DNA of 64,000 bases from Macrostomum lignano (lineage: Eukaryota): the NCBI GenBank assembly GCA_002269645.1, contig NIVC01002350.1, positions 117,813 to 181,812 of the forward strand, written 5' to 3'. Shown piece by piece: positions 22,127 to 38,200 of this stretch. Every line of letters begins with the position of its first letter. Position 1 is the first letter of the stretch. Below the pieces are notes generated by a model that was not told the DNA's origin, made no database searches, and saw nothing but the letters and a program-made list of their open reading frames with translations. The position numbers were made by a program, and so were the translations under genes.

Positions 22127-22185
<59 letters not shown>

Positions 22186-22288
22186 GTTGCTATTAGATGG
22201 AATATAGTAACGTGACTGCTCTCAGCCAATAGTGACTTACATGTATGTGCTGCCAATAGAAATGGCTAGGTGATTCCCAAGGTTGCAT
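22091..22288. mobile_element. ~200-bp palindromic MITE-like element with a (CA)n expansion in its left arm
   Basis: TGCAACCTTGGGA..GCCATTTCTATTGGCA..ACATGTAAGT is mirrored by ACTTACATGT..TGCCAATAGAAATGGC..TCCCAAGGTTGCA. Confidence 0.75.
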
Positions 22289-22599
22289 ATATATGCTATG
22301 GTTGAGGGTCAGTAAGAGTTTGGGTATTCAAAGAATACTTTGCAATCATAGGAAACAAGATTATAGAAGCAGATTATTGATCTTTTTGAACTAGGTTTAA
22401 CATGCAAATTGTCAACCACAGGCTGAATTTTGTCAATCTAATGGACCATAGGCCTAATATGTATACCAACCTAATTGAAAGCACATGGGCTCCTAGGATC
22501 AAATTCTTACTTGGAGATAGGATAACGCACGCACATATTTTTCGAGTAGTGGGCAAGTGCGCACGCCAGCTGTAAAAATAAGTCATATACAGATCATAG

Positions 22600-22901
22600 G
22601 GTGCGCGGTCATTTCGTCTGCCGCCTTTTCGTCTGCCGACTTTTTCGACTTTTTCGACTTTTTAAAATAAGTAGCAAAATAAGTTTTATAAATGGCTGAA
22701 ATTAATTTATAGTTTATTTTTAATACTTATAATTTACTAGTAATTTTCAAATTTTCAAATAATCTCAAATTAATGACAACAACTGACATATTTACACTTA
22801 TTAAAACTTTACTATTCGTTGGCAGACGAAACGACTGTATCGTATTCTTGCAGACGAAAGGGTGGCAGACGAACTGGCGGCAGACGAAATGACCGTCAAC
22901 C
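22600..22901. mobile_element. MITE, 302 bp, 26-bp TIRs, 8-bp TSD GATCATAG
   Basis: GGTGCGCGGTCATTTCGTCTGCCGCC / GGCGGCAGACGAAATGACCGTCAACC. TSD at 22592-99 and 22902-09. Internal TTCGTCTGCC subrepeats. Confidence 0.9.
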
Positions 22902-23831
22902 GATCATAGTCCATGCACCAAAAAATGACATTTCTAGTTTTCAATTCTATGCCAACATAAATTAAAAAGTTGTACTTTAATTGTAAAGTAGCTTAAACAC
23001 TATATTTTTTAGAAAAAAATATTCTTTAAAAATTCTAAGAGTTTCACTTAACTTTGAAACTGTTTTTGCTAAAGACTAATTATAGGCCTACTTTGTTTTA
23101 CTTTTGTTTTGAAATTTTCTAGCATAAAAACAACCTTCCGGACTATGAAAAGTAAGAGAACTTGAGTGCGCATATACCACATGGCATATAACCATGTTGA
23201 ATGCATATAAAAGTTAAAACCTGTTTGTGATTCTGTGGTAAACAGCTTCTTGTGTAAGCGCATACAATGGAGCACGCACATACCTTTAAGAGTGCACAAG
23301 TAGGCTACTTTTTAGCACACAAGCAGGCACAAATTTGACAAGTGTACACAAATGCATAAAAACTTTAGAACTCTATCCTAGATGGGCTCATGCAAAGGCT
23401 AAACTACAAGCATGTTTGGGACTTCTGACAACCTGTTTGAGTTTCATCTCTAAGGGTTCCTATGGCAATATTAATACCTTGTTAACACATTTGGTCACTT
23501 TCTCTACTGGGTTACCTACTACCACCCACTGTAATTAGCTTTAATGACAGTGTTTTAAACTGTTAAATGCTTTAATGAGTTTTTGTATGACATGTTTTGA
23601 CACAGTTTATCAGTTTTATTGTTAACAATTGTAAATCTTCATTAACAGTTTATTTAAAATGAAAAATAACTTAATGAATAAAACTATAGTTATGCCAGCA
23701 TTGGATTTGTCTATTGGCACTCATTATTTGCATGGTACTATGTAAATATTGCCATTGTTATTTGCCTGGTACTGTGTAAACAGTATTGTCATTATTTACA
23801 TGGTGACAAATTAATGCTGGTGTTATATACT

Positions 23832-24430
23832 ACGAGGCCACTCCTCCATCGGAGGAGAAAGGGGAAAAACTCCCATCACCAGAATCCCATGCTAGAAATC
23901 CACTAGCTGAATCCTATGACCCGAATCCTATCATCCAAGTCCTCTCCAAAGTCTATCAAAATCCTCTCCGTGAAACAGAAATCCATCAAAATTCTTTCTT
24001 TCAAACAAATTTTCATCAAAATTCTCTCTATGAAACAGATTTATTCATCAAAATCTCTCCATGAAACAGATACTCATCAAAATTCTCTCTGTGAAACAGA
24101 TATTCATCAAAAATCCCTCTGTGAAACAGATATTCATCAAAATTCTCCCTGTGAAATAGACATTTATCAAAAATCTCTTTGTGAAACAGATATTCATCAA
24201 AATTCTCTCTGTGAAACAGACATTCATCAAAATTCTCTCTGTGAAACAGAAACTCATCTAAATCCTTTCCATGAAACTGAAATCCATCAAAATCCTCTCC
24301 GTGAAACAGAACTCTATCAAAATCCTTTCCATGAAACTGAAATCCATTAAATCCTCTCCATGAAGCTTAAATCCATCAAAATCCTCTCCATGAAACAGAA
24401 CTCCATCAAAATCTTCTCCATAAAACCAAT
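23832..24430 (+). repeat. Dispersed repeat copy 2 leading into a 30-bp minisatellite (GTGAAACAGATATTCATCAAAATTCTCTCT)
   Basis: The first 120 bp match 7169-7290. A 10-aa periodicity follows in ORF 23916-24350. Confidence 0.85.
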
Positions 24431-26545
24431 ACTCATCAAAATTCACTCTATTAAGCAATTTTTTAAGCAATTCTTTAAGCAATGTATATAAAATACATAT
24501 GCTTAAATACTTGAAGAATTTGAATTAAAAATTGTTTATAGCTACTTGTTTATTTTTAATACTTCTATTACCTACCTTCTAGAGAATGATCACTTTTTTA
24601 GTAAGAACCAATGAGTAAGTTTGGGGAGACAGGGAGGTTTGGCTCATGCAAAGACGTGAAATGTATTTTAAATTGTCCCAATTGCAACACAAATTTGTAA
24701 TGAAACTAAACAAAACAAAATGATATAAGATAGAAACATGCCAAATTGCATTTAATTATATATTTTCGAATCATTATATTTTCTAATGCACAAAAAGTCT
24801 TACTATGTGCTTCCTTCCAAAGGCTCTATTAATTTGATATACAATAGAACTGACAACCATTCTTTTGTACAAGTACAATTATTAGGTCAAGCTAGCCCTA
24901 AACAAAAATTTATGACAAAAAAGCATTCCATACCCACAAAGTAGGTTCTAAATCTTTCTAAAGGCACCACTTGTGCTATGCTGCCATGTCCCATTCAGAA
25001 TTTATATGGAAAACATTGTAAATTCAAGGGTGCAATGCAAAATGCCATTAAAATATAAAAATGCATTAAAAAACTGTATTTATTATTAAAAAAATTTATA
25101 TCAGACTACTTTAAGCATCTATCTATAAACAATTAAGGCTAGGGAGACACAAAAATTACAAGTCACTTTTTTCTATTTGCATTTGAAAATTATACCTCAT
25201 TTTTGCTGATTTTCACCTTTTTAATGTACAAAATATCTCTAAACTATTTAGATCCACACATGCTATACCTTGTTGAAAAGGGCAATCAAGCACCTGTTCA
25301 ATGAGGCACTAACAGTTTCTTAATGTTGCACTGGCCAAAAGTTGCACACCAAAAACATCAACATTTTGTCAAGCCCCCAGGCACAAATTTGAAGGTTTTT
25401 GGCATTTGCAGCCTAGCTCAGACTTAGAATGTCATGAAAAGTTGATAATTTATGCAATTATCACTGAATATGTTGGCAACAATAAAAAATGGGCAGCTAC
25501 GCTGCTCTATAAAATGCACAATTGTTAAGGCTGCTTTTATGAGTAAAAAATAGCAAAGAATGACAAAAACATGTTTTTGAGGTTTGAATCCAAAGAAAGT
25601 TTTAGCTGTACACTAAAACAAGCTGAAACCAACAAAAAAATTTAGGCAACATCCAAGTTATTATAAAAACAAAAAACTAAGCAAAAAAAGAGTTTTATTC
25701 AATCTTTAAGAAGGTTGAAAAAAAGCAGCTATAGAAAATGCACTTTTAAAGTACATGTGTACTTTTTGTAAAAAATGCACACTGGAAAAATGCACATGCC
25801 TTCACTCAATAGCCCTGGATGTTTTGTTGATTGTTTAGCAGTTCAATGATCATGCTGATGCTTTGAGCTGCTTCATACCAAACTTTGAAAAATGACAATT
25901 TTTGCACCTCAAAAACTTTTTTTACTTTTTGATATAAAAAAGTGCTTATGCACTAAAAATTATCCTATTATTATAGCTTATAAATGCCCTCAAGCTCATA
26001 TAGAGCATTAGATGACAGCATATAGTCAATCCTTTTTTGATCAAAATTTTTAAGCAAATTGAAAAAAAAAGTTTTTCATTGCCATGGCAACCAAAAAGTG
26101 GCCTTGACAACCAAACCTATATGAACTAAAAGGCCTAAGAAACATTTCAGCAAAAACTGCATGCCTCTGCCATGTAGCATTCTTAAACAGCAATATCAAG
26201 AATTTGAAAAATATCATTTTTAGTGTGTGCAGTTGCTACCCTATCTGATTAAGGATGGGTTCACATTTTGTAAGGTCTTTACTGGCTTGCCCATCCTGAA
26301 CCAGCTTAGTAAAATTCAGAATTTTGCATAATTTATGTGTACATTTATAAGGGATTTCCTAAAAGTCCATTTAGCAACCACACATTTTACCATAGATGAA
26401 AAGTAAGTAGCTTAGCCATACTAATATTTTCATATGCACCTATTCTCTATATAGCAAAAATCTTAGTTATAAGCTTGAGTTTTTCAAGGAGCCAGCACAA
26501 CTTTTTCAACCCAGGGTTTTTTCACCTGCCTAAAATAGCTGAATC

Positions 26546-26740
26546 ATGGATGAAGAGGAAAATTTTGAGCAATGCTCATATATTTAAAAAAATCTATGAA
26601 GAACACCAGCTGCACAAGTTCATTGACAACTTTTGAAGCCTTTTGGCAACATGCCTTTACTGAGTGAGTGGTTTACAAATGGTATGCCCACTTCAAGGAT
26701 AGGCACATAAAGCATATGGTGATTTCTGACAATTAAGATT
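26546..26740 (+). pseudogene. Highly degenerate mariner transposase N-terminal relic
   Basis: MDEEENFEQCSYI... and, in a shifted frame, ..VYKWYAHFKD.. resemble the mariner HTH region. Confidence 0.4.
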
Positions 26741-27661
26741 CTTATATAGCTAGGACTCTGAAGGAGCCACTGGAGAACTATAGTTGGGAAATATTGCTAC
26801 ACCTTACATATTCTGCTAACATAAATTCCTGCAACTTTTACCTTTTAAGTTAAAAAAATCTGCTTTGAGGCTATCATTACTACTGCATGAATAAGCTTTT
26901 TTGATATAATTGTCCAAGTTTTCCAATAGCTGTGATTCCAGCACTGCTGATAGAGTCAGGAATCTGCTAGAGTGCTAGCAATGCCTGATTGCAGCTATGC
27001 AAAGGATGCTACTTTGAAAGATTATAGAATTATGTAACTTCCCAGTTTTTTGTTACATTTTTATAGTTACTGAATGGACTCCTTGTATATGCCTATAATA
27101 ATGGTAATCCCTTATCATTGATTATATACATATAAAGGCTAAATTCATGTCTAGCTGTTGTATCTAAATTCCTTTTCTTGAGTATATCAATCATATTAGA
27201 TTTGTATGTGTATTATAGAACCTAGTTCCTCTCACTTAAAGTAAGACTTAGATAAGTCTTTTATCCTTGAGCTTAGTATTATTTAAATCCCTGATTTTTT
27301 GGTACAGTTTAACTAAACTCCTTAGCCTTTGAGTTTAGTGATAACTTTTGTGATTTAGTATAGGAAGGATTAAAATCAACTACTAATGAGACAAGTATAA
27401 TCTTGAAATATTGTTTATTTAGAAAATAAAATTTATAACCATACTAGCAAATTTGTATTAAAAGTTATATTTTGGTAATGGTCATCTACATTTGTATGTG
27501 GGCATTTCTCTAAGAATTTCAAGCTCAACAATAGTTTCAACTCCTAGTCGTCTATCTAAGATATATTGTAGTATAACTATCAAAACAGTGAAGAATTCAT
27601 AGCATAGAACAAAGTGATTATATTAACAGTACTAGCTAATAATATTTATTCAACCAGCTGA

Positions 27662-29896
<2,235 letters not shown>

Positions 29897-29989
29897 TTTC
29901 TAATTTGTGGTGCGCCTCAAACTCTTGGACTTGTTCGGTTTTATGTTGCTGAGTTATGCGTCATGTACCAGACTCACGGGTGGGATTCT

Positions 29990-30120
29990 GGTGGGGCACT
30001 TCCTCATCTCCCAGACTCCTCACAGGTGTAGGATGGGGATTCCTGCAATTCCTCATCTCCCAGACTCCTCAGGTGTAGGATGGAGATTCCTACACTTCCT
30101 CATCTCTCAGACTCCTAGCT
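29990..30120. repeat. ~50-bp unit x3 downstream of the RtcB stop
   Basis: TTCCTCATCTCCCAGACTCCT occurs three times. Confidence 0.8.
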
Positions 30121-30824
30121 GGAACACTGAACTTTCTGATCTACCTTATACTCGTGCCATCATCAATTTAGACACGCTAAAGTATAGAATATTCACAAAG
30201 TCAGTGCATTTTCGCATCCGTGTCATTATTAAATCCTTCTATTGATACTTGAAGATTGTTTCTTCATCTCTGTTGCCAAATGTTAATCAGTAATCTAACC
30301 TGCAAACCTGTGACTAGCTTCATTTGATATTAAAGTACGTGTACTGTACAATACACGAACTAGTCTTAATAGTTTAAGACACATCCTGGTGTGAAAGTTA
30401 GCTTACTCTCTTCAGATCTGTTGCCTTCATACAAAATTATAATCCAGTTTATTATATAATTTCAACCCCCCGCATGGCCTACATGTTTCATCAATTCTAA
30501 ATGTTTCAAAATTGTTTTAATTGCTTAGTTTTTTTTTGCTTTCTTTTTCTCGCGTTACGTAGCTCGTATTGTTAATAATAAATTTCAAATGCAGGATTAT
30601 TGAATTATATCTTTATTGAACTAACTGTGGCTGTTTGTTAAAATCTTTTTAAGCCATTATCTCAGCAGGTAGGTAAAAATTATAAATACTCGTATTCCTA
30701 GTTTGCCCCCCTCCCCTGTGTTAATTCCGGCCTATTCCATGGCAATACTCGTAATCGAGAATCGCCGATGAATCTCCATGAAATGATCGCCCGTTTCACT
30801 TAAGAACCGTCCATTAAATAGCCC

Positions 30825-31865
30825 GAAATTATCGCCCCAAAAATCTCCCCAAAACAATCGCCCATAAATCTCCCCAAAAGAATCGCCCATAAATATCACC
30901 AAAAGAATCGCCCATAAATATCACCAAAAGAATCGCCCATAAATCTCCTCAAAAGAATCGCCCATAAATCTCCTCAAAAGAATCGCCCATAAATCTCCCC
31001 AAAAGAATCGCCCATAAATCTCCCCAAAAGAATCGCCCATAAATCTCCCCAAAAGAATCGCCCATAAATCTCCCCAAAAGAATCGCCCATAAATCTCCCC
31101 AAAAGAATCGCCCATAAATCTCCCCAAAACAATCGCCCATAAATCTCCTCAAAAGAATCGCCCATTAATATCACCAAAACAATCGCCCATAAATCTTCCC
31201 AAAACAATTGCCCATAAATCTCCTTAAAAGAATCGCTCATAAATCTCCCCAAAAATATCGCCCATAAATCTCCCCAAAAGAATCGCCCATAAATCTCCTC
31301 AAAAGAATCGCCCATAAATCTCCCCAAAAGAATCGCCCATAAATCTCCCCAAAACAATCGCCCATAAATCTCCTCAAAAATATCGCCCATGAATCTTCCC
31401 AAAAGAATCGCTCATAAATCTTCCCAAAAGAATCGCCCATAAATCTCCCCAAAACAATCGCCCATAAATCTCCCCAAAAGAATCGCTCATAAATCTCCCC
31501 AAAAGAATCGCCCATGAATCTTCCCAAAAATATCGCCCATAAATCTCCCCAAAATTATCGCCCATAAATCTCCCCAAAAGAATCGCTCATAAATCTCCCC
31601 AAAAATATCGCCCATAAATCTCACCTAAAGAATCGCCCATAAATCTCACCTAAAGAATCGCCCATAAATCTCACCTAAAGAATCGCCCATAAATCTCACC
31701 TAAAGAATCGCTCATAAATCTCACCTAAAGAATCGCTCATAAATCTCCCCAAAAGAATCGCCCACATTTTTCACCAAAAAATCCCCCATTAATCTCCCCA
31801 AAAGAATCGCCCACATTTTTCACCAAAAAATCCCCCATAAATCTCCCCAAAAGAATCGCCCATAA
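30825..31865. repeat. 25-bp minisatellite (TCCCCAAAAGAATCGCCCATAAATC)n
   Basis: About 40 units; related to the array at 33988-34410. Confidence 0.97.
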
Positions 31866-32011
31866 AACTATAACCTGGACCTATAACCTAAAGCTATAAC
31901 ATAGCCGCTTTGGTCTTCATGCTCCAGTCTTCCCTTCCCAGCTAAGCATCGTCTGCAAGAGGTGTTCAGACTGCTATAAATCAATATAAACTGCTATAAA
32001 CAGAAGCTGCA

Positions 32012-35000
32012 ATGTCGGAGGAAGTCCGAGACGGAGAGCAGACCATAACAGCGTCCAGCTCGCAGCAGCAGAATGCTCAACCCCCTGCTCAGCAGCAGCA
32101 ACCGACTGCAGCGCAAGTCGGCCACGGCTCCTTGAAGCCATTGGCGCTGCACAACACTGCCTCGGTTGCCTCCTTCGGCTCTGTCGTCGGTGGCGCCACT
32201 CCTGCAAGCGCCGCAGGCGCCGCTGCAAGCACCGACGTTTGGCCAAAAGGCAAAGTGAACTACGTGATGGACAAGCAGCTGGGCAGCGGCGCCACCTCGC
32301 GGGTGTACAAAGCATTCTGCCCGTTGAAGAATAACGCCGAAATAGCCGTGAAAGTGGTGAACCTGGATAGCAGCTCCGTGTCAATGGACGAGTTGCACAG
32401 AGAGACGCAGGGCATGAAGAAGCTGAGACACGAAAATATTGTTGCCTATTATGGCAGCTTCATCGAGGATCAGTTTCTGTACATTCTGATGGACCTGTGC
32501 GAGCGTTCGCTACTGGATATGATTAATCACGTCAAGGCCACCAGGGACATCAATCACGGTGTGCTGGACGAGTGCACCATTGCCACTATAATGCGAGAGG
32601 CAATCAAAGGATTGCAGTATATACACGAGAATGGCATTGTGCATCGGTGTGTTCATAATTCAGCTATGTGTTTACGTTTAGTTCAATATTTTAATCGCTC
32701 AGCTTTGGACTAGCATGAGAATCTCCCTTAGACTGTCATGATAATCTCTGTTAGACTAGCATGAGAATCTCCCTTAGACTGTCATGAGAATCTCTGTTAG
32801 ACTGTCATGAGAATCTCTGTTAGACTTGCATGAGAATCTCTGTTAGACTAGCATGAGAATTTCCCTTAGACTGTCGTGAGAATCTCCCTTAGACTGTCAT
32901 GAGAATCTCTGTTAGACTAGCATGAGAATCTCCCTTAGACTAGCATGAGAATCTCCCTTAGACTGTCGTGAGAATCTCCCTTAGACTGACATGAGAATCT
33001 CCCTTAGACTAGCATGAGAATCTCCCTTAGACTGTCATGATAATCTCTGTTAGACTAGCATGAGAATCTCTGTTAGACTAGCATGAGAATCTCTGTTAGA
33101 CTAGCATGAGAATCTCTGTTAGACTGTCATGAGAATCTCTGTTAGACTAGCATGAGAATCTCTGTTAGACTAGCATGAGAATCTCTGTTAGACTGTCATG
33201 AGAATCTCCCTTAGACTGTCATGAGAATCTCTGTTAGACTAGCATGAGAATCTGTTAGACTGGGATGAGAATCTCCCTTAGACTGACATGAGAATCTCCC
33301 TTAGACTGTCATGAGAATCTCTGTTAGACTAGCATGAGAATCTCCGTTAGACTAGCATGAGAATCTCTGTTAGACTAGCATGAGAATCTCTGTTAGACTA
33401 GCATGAGAATCTCCGTTAGACTGTCATGAGAATCTCTGTTAGACTAGCATGAGAATCTCCGTTAGACTGTCATGAGAATTTCTGTTAGACTAGCATGAGA
33501 ATTTCTGTTACACTAGCATGAGAATCTCCCTTAGACTGTCATGAGAATCTCTGTTAGACTAGCATGAGAATCTGTTAGACTGGGATGAGAATCTCCCTTA
33601 GACTCACATGAGAATCTCTACTATACTGGCATGAGAATCTCCCTTAGACTGGCATGAGAATCTCTCTTTGACTGGCAGAAAAATCTGATTAATTAATTTA
33701 ATTCACGGCCAAGATAATTTCAAAAATTCATTGTCTATCCATATCGGTAGCTTCTTTAGTCCTGCAACCGGCACAATCTATCTACTCCTATTCCAGAGAC
33801 ATTAAGTGCGGCAACATCCTACTAAAAAAGGACGGTTCGGTCCTTATTGCCGACTTTGGCGTTACCGCCTTTATCAACACGAACCCGCTGACTGCCATGT
33901 CTGTCAACCCCGTGTCCAGGCACACCTTTGTTGGCACTCCGTGCTGGATGGCGCCTGAGGTATGCAGTTGAGAGTTTGAAATGCCACAGAAAGAATCGCC
34001 CATAAAAATTTCCCCAAAGAATCGCCCCTAAATAATCACCCATAAAGAATCGCCCATAAAAAATCACCCGTAAAACTTGCTCCAAAGAATCGCCCTAAAG
34101 AATCGCCCATAAAGAATCGCCCATAAATAATCACCCGTAAAAATTGCTCCAAAGAATCGACCTAAAGAATCGCCCATAAAGAATCGCCCTAAAGAATCAC
34201 CCGTAAAAATTGCCCCAAAGAATCGCCCATAAGGAATCACCCGTAAAAATTGCCCCAAAGAATCGCCCATAAGGAATCACCCGTAAAAATTGCCCCAAAG
34301 AATCGCCCATAAAGAATTGCCCTAACGAATCGCCCATAAAGAATCGCCCTAAAGAATTGGCCTAATGAATCGCCCAAAAATAATCGCCCTACAGTATCGC
34401 CCATAAATCGATTTTGCCACCGCCAGGTGATGGAGCAGCGCCAGGTCGGCTACACCCAGAAGGCGGACATCTGGAGTGTGGGCATCACTGCACTGGAGCT
34501 GGTGACCGGCAGCGCACCCTACGCCAAGTTCCCGCCAGTAAAGGTGATCGTGCTCACGCTGAACAATGACCCCCCAAGCCTGACCTCGGTGGAGGAGAAA
34601 GCGGGCCAGTTCTCCGCCTACGGCCAGAAGTTTCGCAAGTTTGTCTCGGCCTGTTTGCAACGAAACGACGGCGAACGGCCAAGCGCTAAACAGCTGCTGC
34701 ATCACAGCTTCATCCGCGGCAAAGCCAAGGACAAGGAAGTCATCGTCAAGGCCCTGCTGAGCGGCGACACACCGCTGCCCTCGGTCAAAGTTAAACGACG
34801 CTCAGCCGATGCGCTCGAAGCCGGCGAAGGCTGCGAATATGATTCTGACTCGGACGCGGACGAGCAGGACTTCTGGGACTTCTCTGGCGATGCCACTCTC
34901 ACCGCTGATAGCCGCGGCGCCGATGCTGCTGCGGTGGCCGCGGCCGCCGTCTCCGGTTCAGCGGCATCGGCGTCGGAGACCCTGACCGCTGCCGGGTCTG

Positions 35001-35677
35001 CAACCGCGGCCTCCAGCGTCAAACTGATCGCCGATACCGGCTCGGCGGCGTCTGCAACTACGGCAGCCGGTTCGGCAACATCATCGGAGGCGCAGTCGGA
35101 CAACGCCGATGCGCGTCTGGAATGGCATCGCAAACTGCTCGGCGGCCAGCCCGGCCAAGTCTGCATGAAGCTCCGCCTGCGCAAGCGCAAAGACGCCGAT
35201 CCGGTCGCTCCCGGCTCCGACAGCGGCGCCGCATCCGGCAGTGGCGCTCCTAACGACCCCAGTGGCAGCGGCGCCGCTGCCGGTTCCAGCGCCAACTCGT
35301 CATCTTCGGCGGCCGGTTCCACTGCCGACAGCTCCAGCGAGACGCCCGGCCTGCCGGAGCTGCAGGACATCACCTTCGATCTGACTGTGGGCAAGGACAG
35401 GGCCAACGGCATCACTATGGAGCTGGTGGAGTCAGAGCTAGTCAGGATGCACGATCTGGTGGTGATCTCGCATGCTCTGCAGACCCTCATCGATCAGCCC
35501 TGGCAACAGCAGCGAGTGATTCCGCTTAATTCGTCTCTGCCTAACGGTGTGTACCCGGATCAGGCCGAGTTCGTCGGCTTTGCCGGACTGTCGGTGGTGT
35601 CGGTCAGGCTGGTGCGGTCGGGTGCTTCTGAGGAGACTGTCAACCTAGCTACTCTGTCCGCTGCTGCGGCTCAGTGA
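32012..35677 (+). CDS. OXSR1: STE20-family kinase OSR1/SPAK (fray) (exons 32012-32646, 33797-33959, 34427-35677)
   Basis: [15 protein letters not shown]|[26 protein letters not shown]|[32 protein letters not shown]-terminal CCT/PF2 domain (LRLR...[24 protein letters not shown]). Splice phases are consistent. Confidence 0.93.
32708..33670. repeat. 23-bp minisatellite (ACTAGCATGAGAATCTCTGTTAG)n in kinase intron 1
   Basis: About 41 units. Confidence 0.97.
33988..34410. repeat. AAGAATCGCCC(A/T)AA-family minisatellite filling kinase intron 2
   Basis: Same core as 30825-31865 with variable unit length. Confidence 0.93.
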
Positions 35678-35879
35678 ATCTTATATCCTAATCTGCCGAT
35701 CTTGTGAGACTCGATCATGGACCCCTGAACTGTTGTAGTACTTGGACTGGAAAGCTTAAGTTCTAGATGTTCGCTCACTAACTAAAAAGAAATCCTCTTT
35801 GTCTATGGTCAAAACTGACCAATGTAACTATAATTATTTTGCAAGTCAATTAATCCTAGTTAGAGAATCAATCTCGCTT

Positions 35880-36185
35880 TTCAGCATAGTCTATGGCCCA
35901 AAGCGCGTGTAGCAAATCAGCCTCGATTTCCGTCATAGTCTATGGCTCAAAGCCCGTGTCGATAATCAGCCTCGCTTTTCATCATAGTCTATGGCCCAAA
36001 GCCCGTGTCGATAATCAGCCTCGCTTTTCATCATAGTCTATGGCCCAAAGGGGTGTTAAATAAATCTGATCGCTTTTCATCATAGTCTATGGCCCAAAGG
36101 GGTGTTAAATAAATCTGATCGCTCTTCATCATAGTCTATGGCCCAAAGCGGTTTGAGAGAATCGATCTCGTTTTTCATCATAGCG
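35880..36185. repeat. 49-bp tandem repeat (~6 units) with an internal CATAG-T-CTATG palindrome
   Basis: TTTTCATCATAGTCTATGGCCCAAAG... repeated. Confidence 0.9.
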
Positions 36186-37729
36186 ATTTAAAATAGCTTT
36201 CCAGTACAGATTTCTTCGGCGTCGGTGGTCCATGAATGGACTTTTATCAATGAAGATTCCTCTATAATAGCTGACTAACAGAAGCTTTTTTTCAGCTCCA
36301 ATCTCTTCCCTTCTCCTATTTTTTCATGGCTGTATTTTTGCGTCAAATTGACTAGGAAATATGGTCGGTGTTGATTCTTAAAGTAATCAAACAGTTTTGA
36401 TCAAATTTGCCATATTTAATTTTTATTGCTTCTGCTGCTGCTATTATTATTATTATATACTGTTCATTTCAAGTAGAATGTTGCGCATTATAATCTCTAA
36501 AATTTATCTTGGCCCCTATCTATTGTAATTGATTAAATTCTGAAAGACCTTCACTTGCCCTATGCCTTGACTACATTAAACATTTTTTATGTAGGGTTAT
36601 TGCCTGGGGTTATAATTTATAGTTTAATCTAGTGCAAGCGGTGCTGGACTTTTGTTTTTTTTAAATCCTGAACATCTGGCGCTTATTTTAATACTAATAG
36701 TAAGTAATAGTAGTAGAATTTTTTTATTGTTAATGCGTTGAAACAACACACCCCGACTCCGCGCGCTAACTTTGCCTTATATATATGATGTACTATGATA
36801 AATAGCTTAAACTGTACTTCTTAACTAACTTACTAATCATTTTTTCTCAGCCTTAATCACAGATACTAAAATGGCTAGATGGGCCACTGAGGCATATATA
36901 CTTAGCAAAGCAGCTTTCTACTTTCAGTTCAGTAGCAAAGAAGAATACATAAGCTATTTTATAAAAATAAAGCCAGCTGAAATGACTTCGATAAGTTTAG
37001 AAGCCCAAGCTTGTAGGCGTAAACAACTTGCTAATTGGTTCAGCAGCAATGTACATTAGCCAGTCCACTGAAATGTACATGGCAGCTTTAGGCTGGAATT
37101 CCGAGAAAGGCAATAAAAATTGGGGCGGGCGGGGGCAGTGTGGAAAGGCGCGGTTGGAGGGTTTAAGCTGGGGGTAAAAGCCAATAAATGAGCCTTGGCT
37201 TTAAAAAGTACATTAAAATGCTTGTGTTTAACTTACTACTGAACTGAAAGTAGCTTAAATGCAAATGTGCTGAGTGGCCCATATAGTTATTCTAGTATCT
37301 GTAGCCTTAACACTGTAGTGAACTGTTTGCAACTATTAACCGCACTATAAACATTAGATTGGCAGTATTGGACCTACTGTTAATTAGTTTTAGTTCATTG
37401 ATGAACTTAAAAGCTAAGATGTCGCCGAAGACGTTAGTTTCTTCTCGTTTCATTTTTTTAAGACTCCGCGTGCTTCTGCTCTATTTCTGTACATGTCAAA
37501 TTGAACTTTAATAACCATACTTTATTGTAATAACTTATAAGTGTTGAGTGGGCGAGTGCTAGTGTTTTTGAGAGATTTTCGCGCTTCTTGTCTTGGTCAA
37601 CTGAATTTTGCTATTTCTTTTTTGGCTTGTAGTTTGTTTGGTTGTATATCAGAGTTGTTGAGTACATCAGACTTCCTTCAATAAATCAAGCTCGTTCCAT
37701 TGACTGGATTAGAGTTACTTTAGTAAATT

Positions 37730-38200
37730 AGAATCACTGAGTAGATTAGAGTCGCTGAGCAGATCAGAGTCACTGAGTAGATTAGAGTTGCTGAGTAGAT
37801 TAGAGTTGCTGAGTAGATTAGAGTCGCTGAGCAGATTAGAGTCGCTGAGTTGATCAGAGTCACTGAGTAGATCAGAGTCACTGAGTAGATTAGAGCCACT
37901 GAGTAGATCAGAGTCGCTGAGTTGATCAGAGTCACTGAGTAGATCAGAGTCACTGAGTAGGTTAGAGTCACTGAGTAGATCAGAGTCACTGAGTAGATCA
38001 GAGTCACTGAGCAGATTAGAGTCGCTGAGCAGATTAGAGTCACTGAGCAGATTAGAGTCACTGAGTAGATCAGAGTCACTGAGTAGATCAGAGTCACTGA
38101 GTAGGTTAGAGTCGCTGAGCAGATTAGAGTCGCTGAGCAGATTAGAGTCGCTGAGTTGATCAGAGTCACTGAGTAGATTAGATAGTTTGCTGAATAGATT
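37730..38200. repeat. 18-bp minisatellite (GATTAGAGTCGCTGAGCA-like)
   Basis: Direct inspection. Confidence 0.95.

Noticed and set aside
26079-26091. RFX X-box-like palindromes (TTGCCATGGCAAC here; GTTACCATAGCAAC at 52819-32)
   Set aside because: Neither is near a plausible promoter: one is in repeat-derived AT-rich DNA and the other is inside coding sequence.
34702-35490. 262-aa antisense ORF in kinase exon 3
   Set aside because: Shadow of the GC-rich A/S/G-coding sense strand.
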